NCBI GenBank assembly: GCA_026023565.1
Contig: JAPETS010000007.1
Coordinates: 744,001 to 808,000 of the forward strand
Reading direction: 5' to 3'
Source: Cirrosporium novae-zelandiae
Taxonomy: Eukaryota
DNA length: 64,000 bases
Both the position numbers and the translations under genes were made by a program. Below are positions 23,132 to 34,598 of this stretch, piece after piece (within the stretch, counting starts at the first letter, position 1; each line of letters begins with the position of its first letter). The notes under the pieces are model-generated. The model made no database searches, was not told where the DNA came from, and saw only the letters and a list, made by a program, of their open reading frames with translations.

Positions 23132-24892
23132 ATGGCGTCAGCCACGACCAACTCCTCGGATAACAACCGTAAAACCCAAAGTAACAAAGAAGATCATAGT
23201 ACGTCGACCATTCCTGACTTAGCTGGGCTTACCGATGGAGCCATCGCAAGCATAGAAGCAGAGAAGAGGATGGGTATCTTAGAAAGTTTCAGACTCTACC
23301 CCAAAGCTGTTGCATGGTCCATCGTTCTGTCAGCAGCTATTGTCATGGACGGCTACGACACGATGTTATTCGGAAATCTTCTTGCTTTTCCAACCTTTCA
23401 AAAACAGTTTGGCAGACCTGTTGGTGATGAAACCTATCAGATAACAGCTGTATGGCAATTGAGCCTTTCAAATAGCACCAATGTCGGGGGGATTCTGGGT
23501 CTCTTTCTCACTGGTATCATTTCGGAAAAGTTTGGATACTGCAGGATAATGATAGGCGCATTGTCCTTGTTTGTCTGCTTTATCGCCATCCTCTTTGCTG
23601 CTGATAACATCCAAACCTTTTTCACCGCCGAAATCCTATGTGGCTTTCCATGGAGAGTTTTTTAAACTCTGACGACAACATGTGCGGCGGATTTGATGCC
23701 AGTCCCTCTTCGGTGCTACCTGACCACTTATATCAACCTTTGTCGGGTGATGGGCCAATTAATAGCTATAGGAGTTCTCCGCTTTATGCTCGGCAGAAGC
23801 GACGAATGGACATATAAAGTTCCTTTTGCTCTTCAGTGGATATGGTTACTTCTAATCATCGCTGGCTGCATCTTTGCCCCTGAGTCTCCATGGTGGCTGG
23901 TCCGAAAAGGTAGGATTGAAGACGCAAGGCGATCTCTGGAGCGTTTAACATCCTCAAAGCATGACCCTAATTTCAATGCCGACGAAAATATGAGTATGAT
24001 GATCCAAACTAACAATCTTGAGAAAGAAATTTCTTCTGGGATTCACTATTGGGACTGTTTCAAGGATATCAATCTCCGTCGGACTGAGATTACCTGCTCC
24101 GTTTAGGCTATTCAAGCGTTGTGTGGGAGAGCCTTCATAGTTCGTAATGCCGTCAAGAGAGATAGTATTATAAGCTAATTAGGTTAGGGACATTCCGCGT
24201 ACTTTTACCAACAAGCCGGGCTTAGTACCACCTACTCTTTCGATCTTGCTTTGTCCTAGAATGGGCTTGGTATTATCGGTACCGTTACCTCCTGGATTGT
24301 AATGTCGCGTGTTGGGCGTCGGGCGTTATATCTTTACGGCTTGGCTATCCTCTTCATCCTTGCGCTTCTTATTGGAACTTTAGCAACCTTGTCCTCATCA
24401 ACTAGTGTCTCATGGGCCATTGGTTCCATGCTTCTGATGTGGCAACTTGTTTGTGAGAGTACTTTCATTACACTGCTTGGTTTCCGCTAACAATCTTCAG
24501 ATGATCTCACAATAGGGCCCGTCTCTTACTCACTCGTGGCTGAGATACCATCGGCACGCTTACGCCAGAAAACGATTATTCTTGCACGCAACTTGTATAA
24601 TATCTGTGGAATTGTTAATGGCATTTGGATGCCCTATATATTCAACCCCACGACCTGGAACTGGTAAGTTTCTCGAAAGCTGTTTCAGAAGCCTGTAGAT
24701 AGCTAAGATACGTATAGGGGTGCCAAGACTGTATTTTTCTGGGGTGGTGGATGCTTCCTCTGTCTCGTGTGGACATTCTTTCGTTTCCCAGAGCCTAAAG
24801 GCAAAATGTACGGGGAGCTTGACATTTTATTCGAGAAACATGTTTCAGCGCGGGAGTTTGAGACAAGTGATATAACTGAATTTGACAGATAG
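23132..24892 (+). pseudogene. Maltose/alpha-glucoside permease pseudogene
   Basis: RLYPKAVAWS...MDGYD...FQKQFG, PESPWWLVRKGR, LRRTEI, GRRALYLYG, AEIPSARLRQKT and PEPKGKMYGELD. In-frame stops at 23663-23665 (TAA), 24104-24106 (TAG) and 24257-24259 (TAG). Confidence 0.93.
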
Positions 24893-25161
24893 AAACAAAG
24901 GATTACCTGGTTTAACGAGAACATGAAGACTTGCTATGGTGGTTTGGCTGAACACCAGGATGATAGTGCCAAGGAGCTTTTGATATTTCTTAAATGTCTG
25001 AAAATACAAAAGAAATAGAAAACATGATGATGAATGTTAGGTGCATGTAGCAATTAATATAAGTTAGCCTATTGTATGCAAATTTTAGAAACCGAGACTC
25101 TTGAGCGCCACAAGGTTTTAAACCCTCACTAACCCTAGGTAGACTAGCGTACAAAAGCGCA

Positions 25162-26415
25162 TTACAACTCCTCTTGGATCGTAGTTTCACTAACGCAGGT
25201 AACTTCATCCCATTTACTACCATCAGAATCATCTACCTCAATGATATCTTTGACCATGCCGTCGGGGCACTTGCATTGAGGATCTTCCATCGTATTTTGG
25301 GTGGAATTGAACTCAGCGGACTGAAGCGCGATGATGCAGTGCGATCCTCTGCGAAAACCTCTTCCACATTTTTCTTTTCTTACAGTATCTTCAAATGGTT
25401 AGAAGGGTTGTCAAGAAACCCGTTAGCAGGGGTTAGCAAACTTACAGAAAGCAAACCAGAAAAAACTATCTGCATTCGCCATCTTTTGCTCATTCTGAAG
25501 GTTCAAAATGCCTTTTTTTCCGTAGGCAAAGTCTCCCATCGCTAACCGAAGGCGCCTCCGGTCAGGCATACTGTGAACGGTGAGCATAGAAGCTATTATA
25601 TAACCAGATTATGGGAAATTTCTTACTCTCGGGCTGTGATTCCAGCCGCTTGGTATATATAGTCGCTATGGAAAAATTCGTGAAGAACAACGCGTGCTAG
25701 TGGAAATATGAGTTGAAGACTGTTAGCTTGCTACAATAGACGTACCAGCTACTGTCTCTGCCATATCACTTCCTTTAGGATACGCCTTGCAGAATCCGGG
25801 CCAGAGAGCTGATTCAGAGGGAAGGGCACCATTGCCCTTAATGGAATTTTCCCAGCCAACACACATATCAAAATTATTAGTCATTGGGACATCATTAGCA
25901 CCTTTTGAATTCAGAGCGGGTCGGGTAATTGCTTTAGTGCCGCGCGGGCGTCCATTGCTGTCAAAAATGCTGAGTTAATCGAGCGTTGAGAATAGACTGA
26001 ATTCCTTACCAAAATGAAGACACAACAGGACAACCCCACTGGAACCCAGGATCATCTTTATCTCCATTGAACAGGCTGAGCGCATCATATACTTTCTGAG
26101 CAAGCTCCCGGGATTGTTCATCAGTTGCCCCAAGGAGTTCGACTGCTTCTCTGCATAGAATTAGGCTTACTAGCTGGGCTAGCCAAGAACAGAGACTCAC
26201 ACGGAACTACCTCCAAGAGATGCAGAAGCAGAGGGAGCAAACGATGCTATCGAGTCTTGAATCCCAGTTTGGATCAATCCCTTTTGCGAATCGATACATG
26301 TATCGCCAATCTGAGGCTGGAATGACAATTCAAATAAGTGTGGAATAGGCTTCTGATTGATGCTCAATCCATGTACAGAAGCAATTGATGCTATAAAGAA
26401 ATACAAAGGTTTCAT
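25162..26415 (-). CDS. Secreted HExxH+D zinc metallopeptidase (aspzincin/M35-like), 6 exons, 333 aa
   Basis: Introns 26151-26200, 25970-26009, 25697-25745, 25571-25626 and 25389-25445 are all GT-AG with consistent phases and give a 1002-nt ORF. It has a signal peptide, VVLHEFFH (25668-25682), GDFAYG and NADSFFWFA. Confidence 0.82.
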
Positions 26416-28975
26416 GTTGCAGAATGATAGAGGTATTGTATCCAGAATGATCAAATTGAGACCTAGGCAATAGTGAAGAGTTAAATCAGAAGGAAGGAAT
26501 GCTCCCCATTTTATGCAGAAATCTTGTACGACTTATATACCATTGCATCAACGGGAGAACACTGTGCTCAACCGTTCTCCAAAGTTGAGATCCCTTGTCA
26601 TTTTTTTAGCTGAGGTCTCGAATGGGTAAGAGGTGATGCAGAGTTTTCTGGTGTGGTAAGATATTTGGTGATATACAGGAGGTAAAATGCGGAGCTGTGA
26701 TACCTCGTAGGCTAGACTCAGAAAAGGCGTACTTGGGGTCGTTGGAATTTGCCCGACTGGAAAGGTGGCGTAGTTGACCTCAGAATACGAGGGTCATCTG
26801 CTTTCAATTGCTAGAATCATCATCTTTCTGACCACCTTTCCTGCCTTGGGTGTAATATTATGAGGCTTGGCATTAATAGTCTCTAAGCGAACCTTGCCTA
26901 GGAACAGGGTCATAAATATGAAATGGAAAGGAAGTAGAATTTAAGGTGAGAGCAAATAAATATCAACCTGTTCTCCGTGCTTTAAGCGTGGAGGTGAGCA
27001 GGTCGCCAGAACCCGTCATTTTTTAGACCAAAGGTCAGCTGTAATTCTTTATGGGCTGTTTGATCTTACTGCTGCTACCAAATGTCCTTACAATAAGTCT
27101 TGCGTTCTCGAACCTGCCATGCTCAGATTAATCTGTAAAATTGAGAGCATCTTGCACTAGGGAGCGAAGAAGTCACTTTTAAAAGTGCAGGATAGTTGAA
27201 CAGAGCGACTTTGACGCCTATTCGTACATCTCCAGCATCTCCAGCATTTAGATGAGCAAAGAGCAATCACCCGTAGCGAGTCAGTCTCTGCGTGGAGTTC
27301 AAGGGCCCTAATATCAACTGCAATGAAAATGTGACAGTTCTCAAACAGAAACAAGGATGCTAGGCCATTCTCATTTCCTTGTTGCGCTCTGAAATCTTGT
27401 TGTAGTCATCGACGGTATGGGTTTATTAAATAGATCCTTGGTCATTTAGAGAGTTTCAAGGCATCGCTGGATTGCGGTCAGAACTAACTACTCTAATCAC
27501 TGGTATATCGCTCTTGTGAGGAAAATCTATGATATCGGTAACAAATTCTTTAGTATTATGATAGCTGCTGAAGGATGCTTCTATCGAAACTAATGGGGAA
27601 GTTGCTCCGAGAATGTACTAAATTGAATAGGTCATTGCCGTTAATTATGCGTTGATCGTAATAGTGAAGGCTTTTAGTTGGCTCGGAAAGGCAGATGCAC
27701 CCATGGTATGAACTGTTGGGTTTGGAACTGTTTCTCGCATATTTGCGGAATGTGTCCTGGTTGATAGTATAGATGATGCAGTAGTTCTCTGGTCATATTC
27801 GATGACGCTGTCGTAAGACGATAAAACATGATTTCACCACAGGTCAATGTTCCGAATCGATAATTATCCTTCCCCTTTTAGTTGTGTATGTATTCCCTCA
27901 CTGGATTTGTGAAGACGCTGTTGCTAGCTGCTCAACTGTGGACACAGACTCAACAATCTCTACAGTATCCACGAGTCGGAGCACGTGTCTCGATCCGCCC
28001 TGTGTATTATCCCACCGCATGTAACAAGGGCTTGAGTGTCTTCAAGTATCAGCTAGATATTGTTTTCATTCTTTCGGTAGGATAAAGGTCCTCAATTGAA
28101 TTCGATGTAAAGCATCGGCAATATAATATCATGGGCTTCGATAGCTGAGTGGTCATTCCCTTTGGTTTAGAATGGCCTGGATGTACTGTACAAATCAGCC
28201 GGCAAAATCCATCAGGAGAAATAGGAGCTCCTATAGTGAAGAGAAAATACTGTTTCCGATCAGACCCGAGAGATATCCTTTTGAACTCATTCCGAGTAAG
28301 ACTTCTATCGAGGAGTTTGACGATATTATCATATGTGGTTTTGCAGGGTCTGTTGGCACCGAAAGGTCTTGAGATGTTCGGGGTACGGAGTTAGCCCGTC
28401 TTCAAGCAAGTTATCGCAAATCTTAGATTTACATCATATCATGCATTTCCTTGGTGTACCAACTTCCTAGAGACATGCAGCTAATTTTTGATAGCGACAT
28501 GACTCACTTGTGGTTTAATGCGTTCATTTCATGTAAGTTATTAACGGGTGGATGGATCGAGGTGAAGAATAATGGCTTCTGCCGGAGAGTCTCGGAAGAC
28601 GATTCGAGAACTTTGGGCTGCGAGATTTGAAACTCCATTCCACCTGCAGCAAGATACCAAAGAAGCAGGTCTAAAGTTGACTATGTGCATAGGTAATTAC
28701 TTACCAAGACTAATGGTTCGCAGAGTAACGCGGGGCAGTATAGTTAATCGGGCAAATTGTGAACAATTAGGATCAAATCAAATGCAGAGTGATGACTGTT
28801 AACCGTCCATTGGGCTGGGGTTCCCTGACCGTTGGGCTGCAACGCTTGTTCCCGGCCATACCTGAGCTTCTATCTTCGGAAATGAAGGACATTGAACATA
28901 TCAAACCCTTTGAAGCGCTGCTTTTGGGATTTATCTTGAGGATTGATGGAATGACAAAAGCAAAGATTTGTAAAT

Positions 28976-31900
28976 ATGAGCCAGAATCCAATCGAAAATC
29001 ACCGGCAAAGCCCCTCGGATAAGTATATAGCCAGGGCAACTTCTAGCGATTCAGATTCTCATTTCGATTATACCTTTGTTGAGAGAGGTTAGCTTCTACA
29101 ATTCTTCAGGTTCATACATTCAAGGATAGATATAGCTAAGACTGTTAGGACTTTCGCCAACTTCTTCGGACCCTTTTGTCAAAAAGCTGAATGAACAAGC
29201 ACCTGCCATGGACTTCAAAGCTATGCAATCTCAAACAGGAACTACCCGCCCTGTAATGAATAAAAGAAACAGTGGCGTCGCTCAAGATGACACTAGCCGA
29301 AAGGAACAGAACGGAGCCTCTGACGACTGGGAGTCAAGACATATATTTGCTAGAGAGTATATCGAGCATTCTAAAGCAGCACCTCAGGAGCAGGTTACTC
29401 CTCCACGCAGACCTGGTAAATCCTCTATCATCGTGACCCGTCTTTATGCTTCTAGGCTTTACTTATAACGGTCTTTTAGAAATATATTCGACGTCGCAAA
29501 AAGAAAGCGACTCTAGATTGCGAAATTCGGGTCCATCAACATTGCGAGACCGACTGTTAATCAACAACGCAGTCTTGCAAGATCAGACAAAGGGCCTCGA
29601 AGCGAATATTCAACGATTGTTGGCTCAGTATGGTGGAGGTAGTCTCGATGCTACTCCTATGCCAACATTAGATCCCCGAGATCAGCGGTTAAACCCTGGC
29701 GCAGGTCTTGAATTTCCACCCTCTGCTCCAACCCCTCCTGTCTTTGATTATCGATCCGATGTACATTCCAAACCTTCAAAGCAACAGGAGTCACCACTCG
29801 ATGACATTCATCCTGATTTCCCTTCTGTCACGGAACCACAGAGGTTTCGCCCTGATCTCATGGAAGCTAGCAAGGTATCTTATACCGGTGAACCAGGGGT
29901 ATCCAAACACTCGACATCCAAATATGGAGAAGTCATGGATTTCCCAGGAGTTGGTGAGTTCACTGTGAACTCGAATGGGAATGCACCGCAAGAATCATAT
30001 TCGGCTCGCAACGCCAGAGATAGCGGGGTCAAATTACCAATAGATCCAACTCGTTTTCCCCAGAAAGTTGAATCCCAGCCTCAGGCTGGATCCAACCGTG
30101 GAAGCTTTGAGATGTCAGATACTTCAGCTATGGGCGACAGAGGTCCACCGATAGACCACCAGACGAGATTGAGCTCGAAGAATGGGTTTAGTCAAGACCA
30201 AGACCCATTTATCACAGGGAGAAAAGGCCAGTTCTCGGGTGCAGAATATCTGCATAGGGTTCCTGAGCGACCCTATGTATTCAAGCCCTCTCCACTCTCC
30301 CCGCATGCAAATTCACGAGAGATGGTAAGCGATGAAACCATGGCGCCAAACATAACTTCGGCAGAACAGACAGATTACTCCTATTTCCCCCCTCGAAATA
30401 TTTCAAAGGTGGATGCCTCTGAAGTTGCACGTCTTGAGGATCAGTTGAGGAAATTACAAACGGAAAATCAATCGCTACGGGGATTAAAGTCTGACAACGC
30501 TATGGATTTACGATTGCAGACACTTCACCGGGTATCATGCAACACCCACTTAGAGACCCGAGTTTGGTTCGATGCACCCATACCATCAACAAAGGAGAAA
30601 TCTCGAGGTCATTTGGAAGGCCGATCTGAAGCCGTGGCAATAAAATATTATCTCATGCTCCACAAGGAGATACCCTTCCTCGTTTACAAGGAATATACCT
30701 GCAACTGTACCAGATCGAAGAGAAGGGACACATCCGAGGCGATTTCGACCAAAGCCAATTATCTCGAGCCCCACTCAGAATCTCTTGTTCCTGTATCAGA
30801 GAGCTTCTGTCAGGCAATGAATAAGATCTCGGAGAGGGAGAAATCTCACATTTTCCCTAAATTTACTGTCAACCAGGAAATTAAAGGCCACCATCTAATT
30901 TACTATTATTATCAGAATTATATCAAACGGAAGGTGCCAGAATTGTCTAATGCTCACCAGTCTCAAGCCAAGCTTTTTATTGCATACGTCGAAGAAAGCT
31001 TTAGAAATGAGTATGAGAAGGTTGACAACCTTTTATCACGGGGTGTGATAACCCTTCAATATTTTAGATACCTCTTTGCTCCTGGACAGATCCTCGTCAC
31101 CAGTAAAGATGGAGAAGTTCTAGCTTATCGTCAAGAGGGCCTTCCAGAGACTCATGCAGACAAAGCGGGTGAACAGCTATCAGTTAGTGCTTCGTCGTAT
31201 CACTTCGATGGTGTGTTTGAGAAAGTTTCAACGCGACTCACCCTCAGCTATGGCGATACGAAAAGGAAGTACATGCCTATACAAGAGTTGGCGGTTTATC
31301 CATTGCAGCATGCCGAAGATGGATTGGAGGATTATTTACGTGGTAGGGGCGAGAAATTTTGGAGATGTCGGCATCAAAACTACGTCTCGTACACTGGCTG
31401 GGACTTTGATGAAGAAGTCGAATATGTAAGACACCTTGACTTATAAGAACAATATTCAGATAAAGGGCCATCTCAAACTAACTGTTCACCAAGGATGATG
31501 CGAGGTTTATGATTGATATTTTCACGTATCGAAAGATGCATCCATCTAAAGATCGTCGCCTCCGAAATGATCTTGGGCCCGAGGCAATGGAGTTTGAAGA
31601 ACCGCCTGATGAAGAATTTCTCCTATTGCTTCCAACAGATGTCCTGGGCTATAATATGCAAGAAAAGAAATGGGGTAGGTCAATTTTCTTTAACCCTTTG
31701 GCTCTGTTGAGAGAAGCTAGCCTTGAGCTATCTACATATAAAATATTCCCAGCCACCTTCCGGGAGATGGCTTGTCTAGAAAGATACCAAGGATAAAATC
31801 TCAGACTTGACATATTTTGAGCAGCTTCTAGGACCAAAACCTGTACTAACGAACCGTATAGTAAAATTACAAGTTCAAAACATCAACTCAGTATATTGGA

Positions 31901-32706
31901 ACAAGCAAGCCTTTGAGAATTTAGTCATAAATGAAGACACGAAGGAGTTGGTTGAGGCACTTGTTACCAACCAGCTAGCTGCGGAAAAGGGCACCGACTT
32001 GATAGAGAAGAAGGGAGCTGGACTCATTATCTTACTGCATGGTGGGCCTGGGACAGGCAAAACGCTCACGGCCGAAAGTGTGGCCGAGATTGCGGAAAGG
32101 CCGCTTTACCATGTGACTTGTGGTGACATTGGTACCAATCCCGCAGAAGTAGAGAGGTATTTGGAAACCGTACTTTTCTTAGGAAAGACGTGGGGTTGTG
32201 TTGTGCTGCTTGACGAAGCCGATGTTTTCTTGGAACAACGATCACTGGCGGATCTTCAGAGAAATGCTCTCGTCTCCGTCTTCCTACGAATTCTAGAATA
32301 CTATGAAGGGATCCTAATCCTAACCAGTAACCGTGTGGGCAAATTCGACGAAGCTTTTAAATCACGTATCCAGCTTGCGCTCCATTACGACGACCTTTCC
32401 GATGACCAACGCCTACAGATCTGGAGGAACTTTATCAAGCGGCTCGAGGGTATGGAAGACAATGCCGTGGACATAGACGACATCAGAGATAACGTCAAGG
32501 AGCTATCCACCTACAAAATGAACGGGCGCCAAATTCGGAATGCCATCACAACGGCACGACAGCTGGCGTCATTTAAGAAACGCAAAATGAATTTTGTTCA
32601 CCTTAGGCATGTTATCAAGGTGGCTTCGAAGTTTGATAAATATTTGGAAGGTGTACATGATGTTAGCCCGGAAAATCGGATTGCGAGGGATGAAGGATGG
32701 CACTGA
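28976..32706 (+). CDS. Fungal AAA+ ATPase with a long low-complexity N-terminus, 5 exons, about 1116 aa
   Basis: Introns 29088-29148, 29416-29479, 31426-31493 and 31675-31861 give a 3351-nt frame. It carries Walker A LLHGGPGTGKT, Walker B VVLLDEAD, FLRILEYYEGILILTSNR, FDEAFKSRI and MNGRQIRN. The start codon is less certain than the rest. Confidence 0.88.
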
Positions 32707-34598
32707 TGATGCGGAAGCGCAAATGGGACCTTTTTCATGACTTCTTAGCAAGAGGAGAGTATTCCTCTCCCTCCCTCCGGCAACAACAAAAACAACTTAT
32801 CGCTCCTTAAACTATAACGATAGTCTTTATCTATCAACGAGGCTATGAATATTCTTTCCTTGACACAAGTTGAATGACCCCCCTATCCCTATTCCCCATC
32901 AACCATGAGCATGCTGGTCATCAAGTCGAATGTGGGAAAATAAAGAATATATATATAAAAGTTTTGAACTAGTCTAGTCTAGGCTTATAGCCTATAGTAT
33001 GGGTTCACCGATGTAAAAATCATTTAACTAGTCGTCCGAAAATCTTTAGAATTTATGAGATCAGACCTAACATATATCCTTGTTATATCCCTATTCATCC
33101 ATTTATCCTCCCCTTCCCTTCCCTTTCCTTCCCTTTCCCTTTCCCCTCTCCTTCTTATCCCCCCCCTTTGCCCTTTCTGCCTCTTTCAAACTCAAATCCA
33201 AATTTTCAAATTTAAAAAAAAAATTATTATAATATGGATGGTATTTTTTTAGGTATATACATATATGGATGGATAGATAGATGGATAGAGATTGGTTTTA
33301 ATTTCGCCTTTATACTGTATTTATTAACAAAACCCCAGATGGTCAACAAAATACCACCGTCATAACCGTCGTCGCCTCTAACCACCCTTACACCCTTCCT
33401 CCGCCCATATACGCCCCTGACCTCACTCCACGGCACATCCACACCACAGTCCCGCACCGTACCTACCTCTCTCCTCATCTAACCACTAATCCACTCCCCA
33501 ACTCCAAAGTCCCACTAATACACCAACACCCTAGACCTCCACGGTCATGGAATCAACGAACAAAAAAAAGACTTCTTGTGGGAGCTGAGAGAGAAGGAGG
33601 AGGAGGAGTGCGTAGGCGGCGTGGTCACGGTGATTATGTCGCATAAGGTTGGGTTAGGTTTATGAGTTTTATGTAGGAGGTGGATGGGATGAGTGTTACT
33701 GAGGAGGCAGAGGAGAGGGAGTGTTATTGGGCGGGGGGTTCTTTTCTAGTTTTTGGGGGATAGAGATGAAAAACGATGGACAATGGACAATATATCCAAA
33801 TATACCCATTCATTCCCACTAATACTAACACCCACCCCTCCTCCCTTCCTCCCTCACACTAGACGTCACAAACACAAACACAAGCACACTCTTCTTTCAT
33901 TCATTCACCGGTTAATTCCCACCCCCACACCACCAAAACCAACGACGGGAAGCTCTGTCGGAGCAAATACGAATACTAACCCCAACGCCAATACCAACCC
34001 CCCAGCACCTGAAGCACCTCAAGCACCTCAAGCACCTCAGGTTGTTATGAATTAAGCTAATTAATTAAACATCTTTTTAACCCTTAGACTAATTAAAAGG
34101 ACGTGGTTTGCCCCGCTAGTTAATTTAAAGAAGGTAACCATATTTTAGCTGATTATATTAAACTTGTTGCCCCCCCGTAAACATCAAGCACCTCAAAACT
34201 AGCCCTAGGGGGAGGTGCTAGAGTGCTGGAGTCATAGTGCCTTTTTGTTGTTAGGCTAAACTCTGCTATCTATGTGTAGGGAAATAAGGGGAAAGGGAAA
34301 GGGCAGCGTTGGCGGGATTATAATGTTTTACCGAAGGTTAGAATCGAAGAAGAAGTAGTTAATGGATTAGAATTAGATTATCTAGTTAACGATCAAGGTA
34401 TGGATGAATTGTGGTGGTTGTTGGGTGTTGGTTGTTGGAATAGGGGGTTCAGCTTTCTACTCCCCGCCGTGAGCTGAGGGGAGGGGGCGAGGGAGGGGGC
34501 GGAGGGGGTAATAATAATAGCAACCAAGAACCTCAGTCCCCCCCGTCCGTCCTTCCCTAACAAAAAGAACCTTTCTAACAGCCAAACGAACCCATCCA

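Noticed and set aside
29208..29270. MDFKAMQSQTGTTRPV resembling the end of a WWE domain
   Set aside because: The spacing is too short, no upstream W-W-E residues are present, and it lies in a disordered exon.
34012..34195. AAGCACCTC tandem repeats, similar to the AAGCACCT repeats at 3353-3376
   Set aside because: Short slippage repeats with no flanking similarity between the two sites; probably coincidental.
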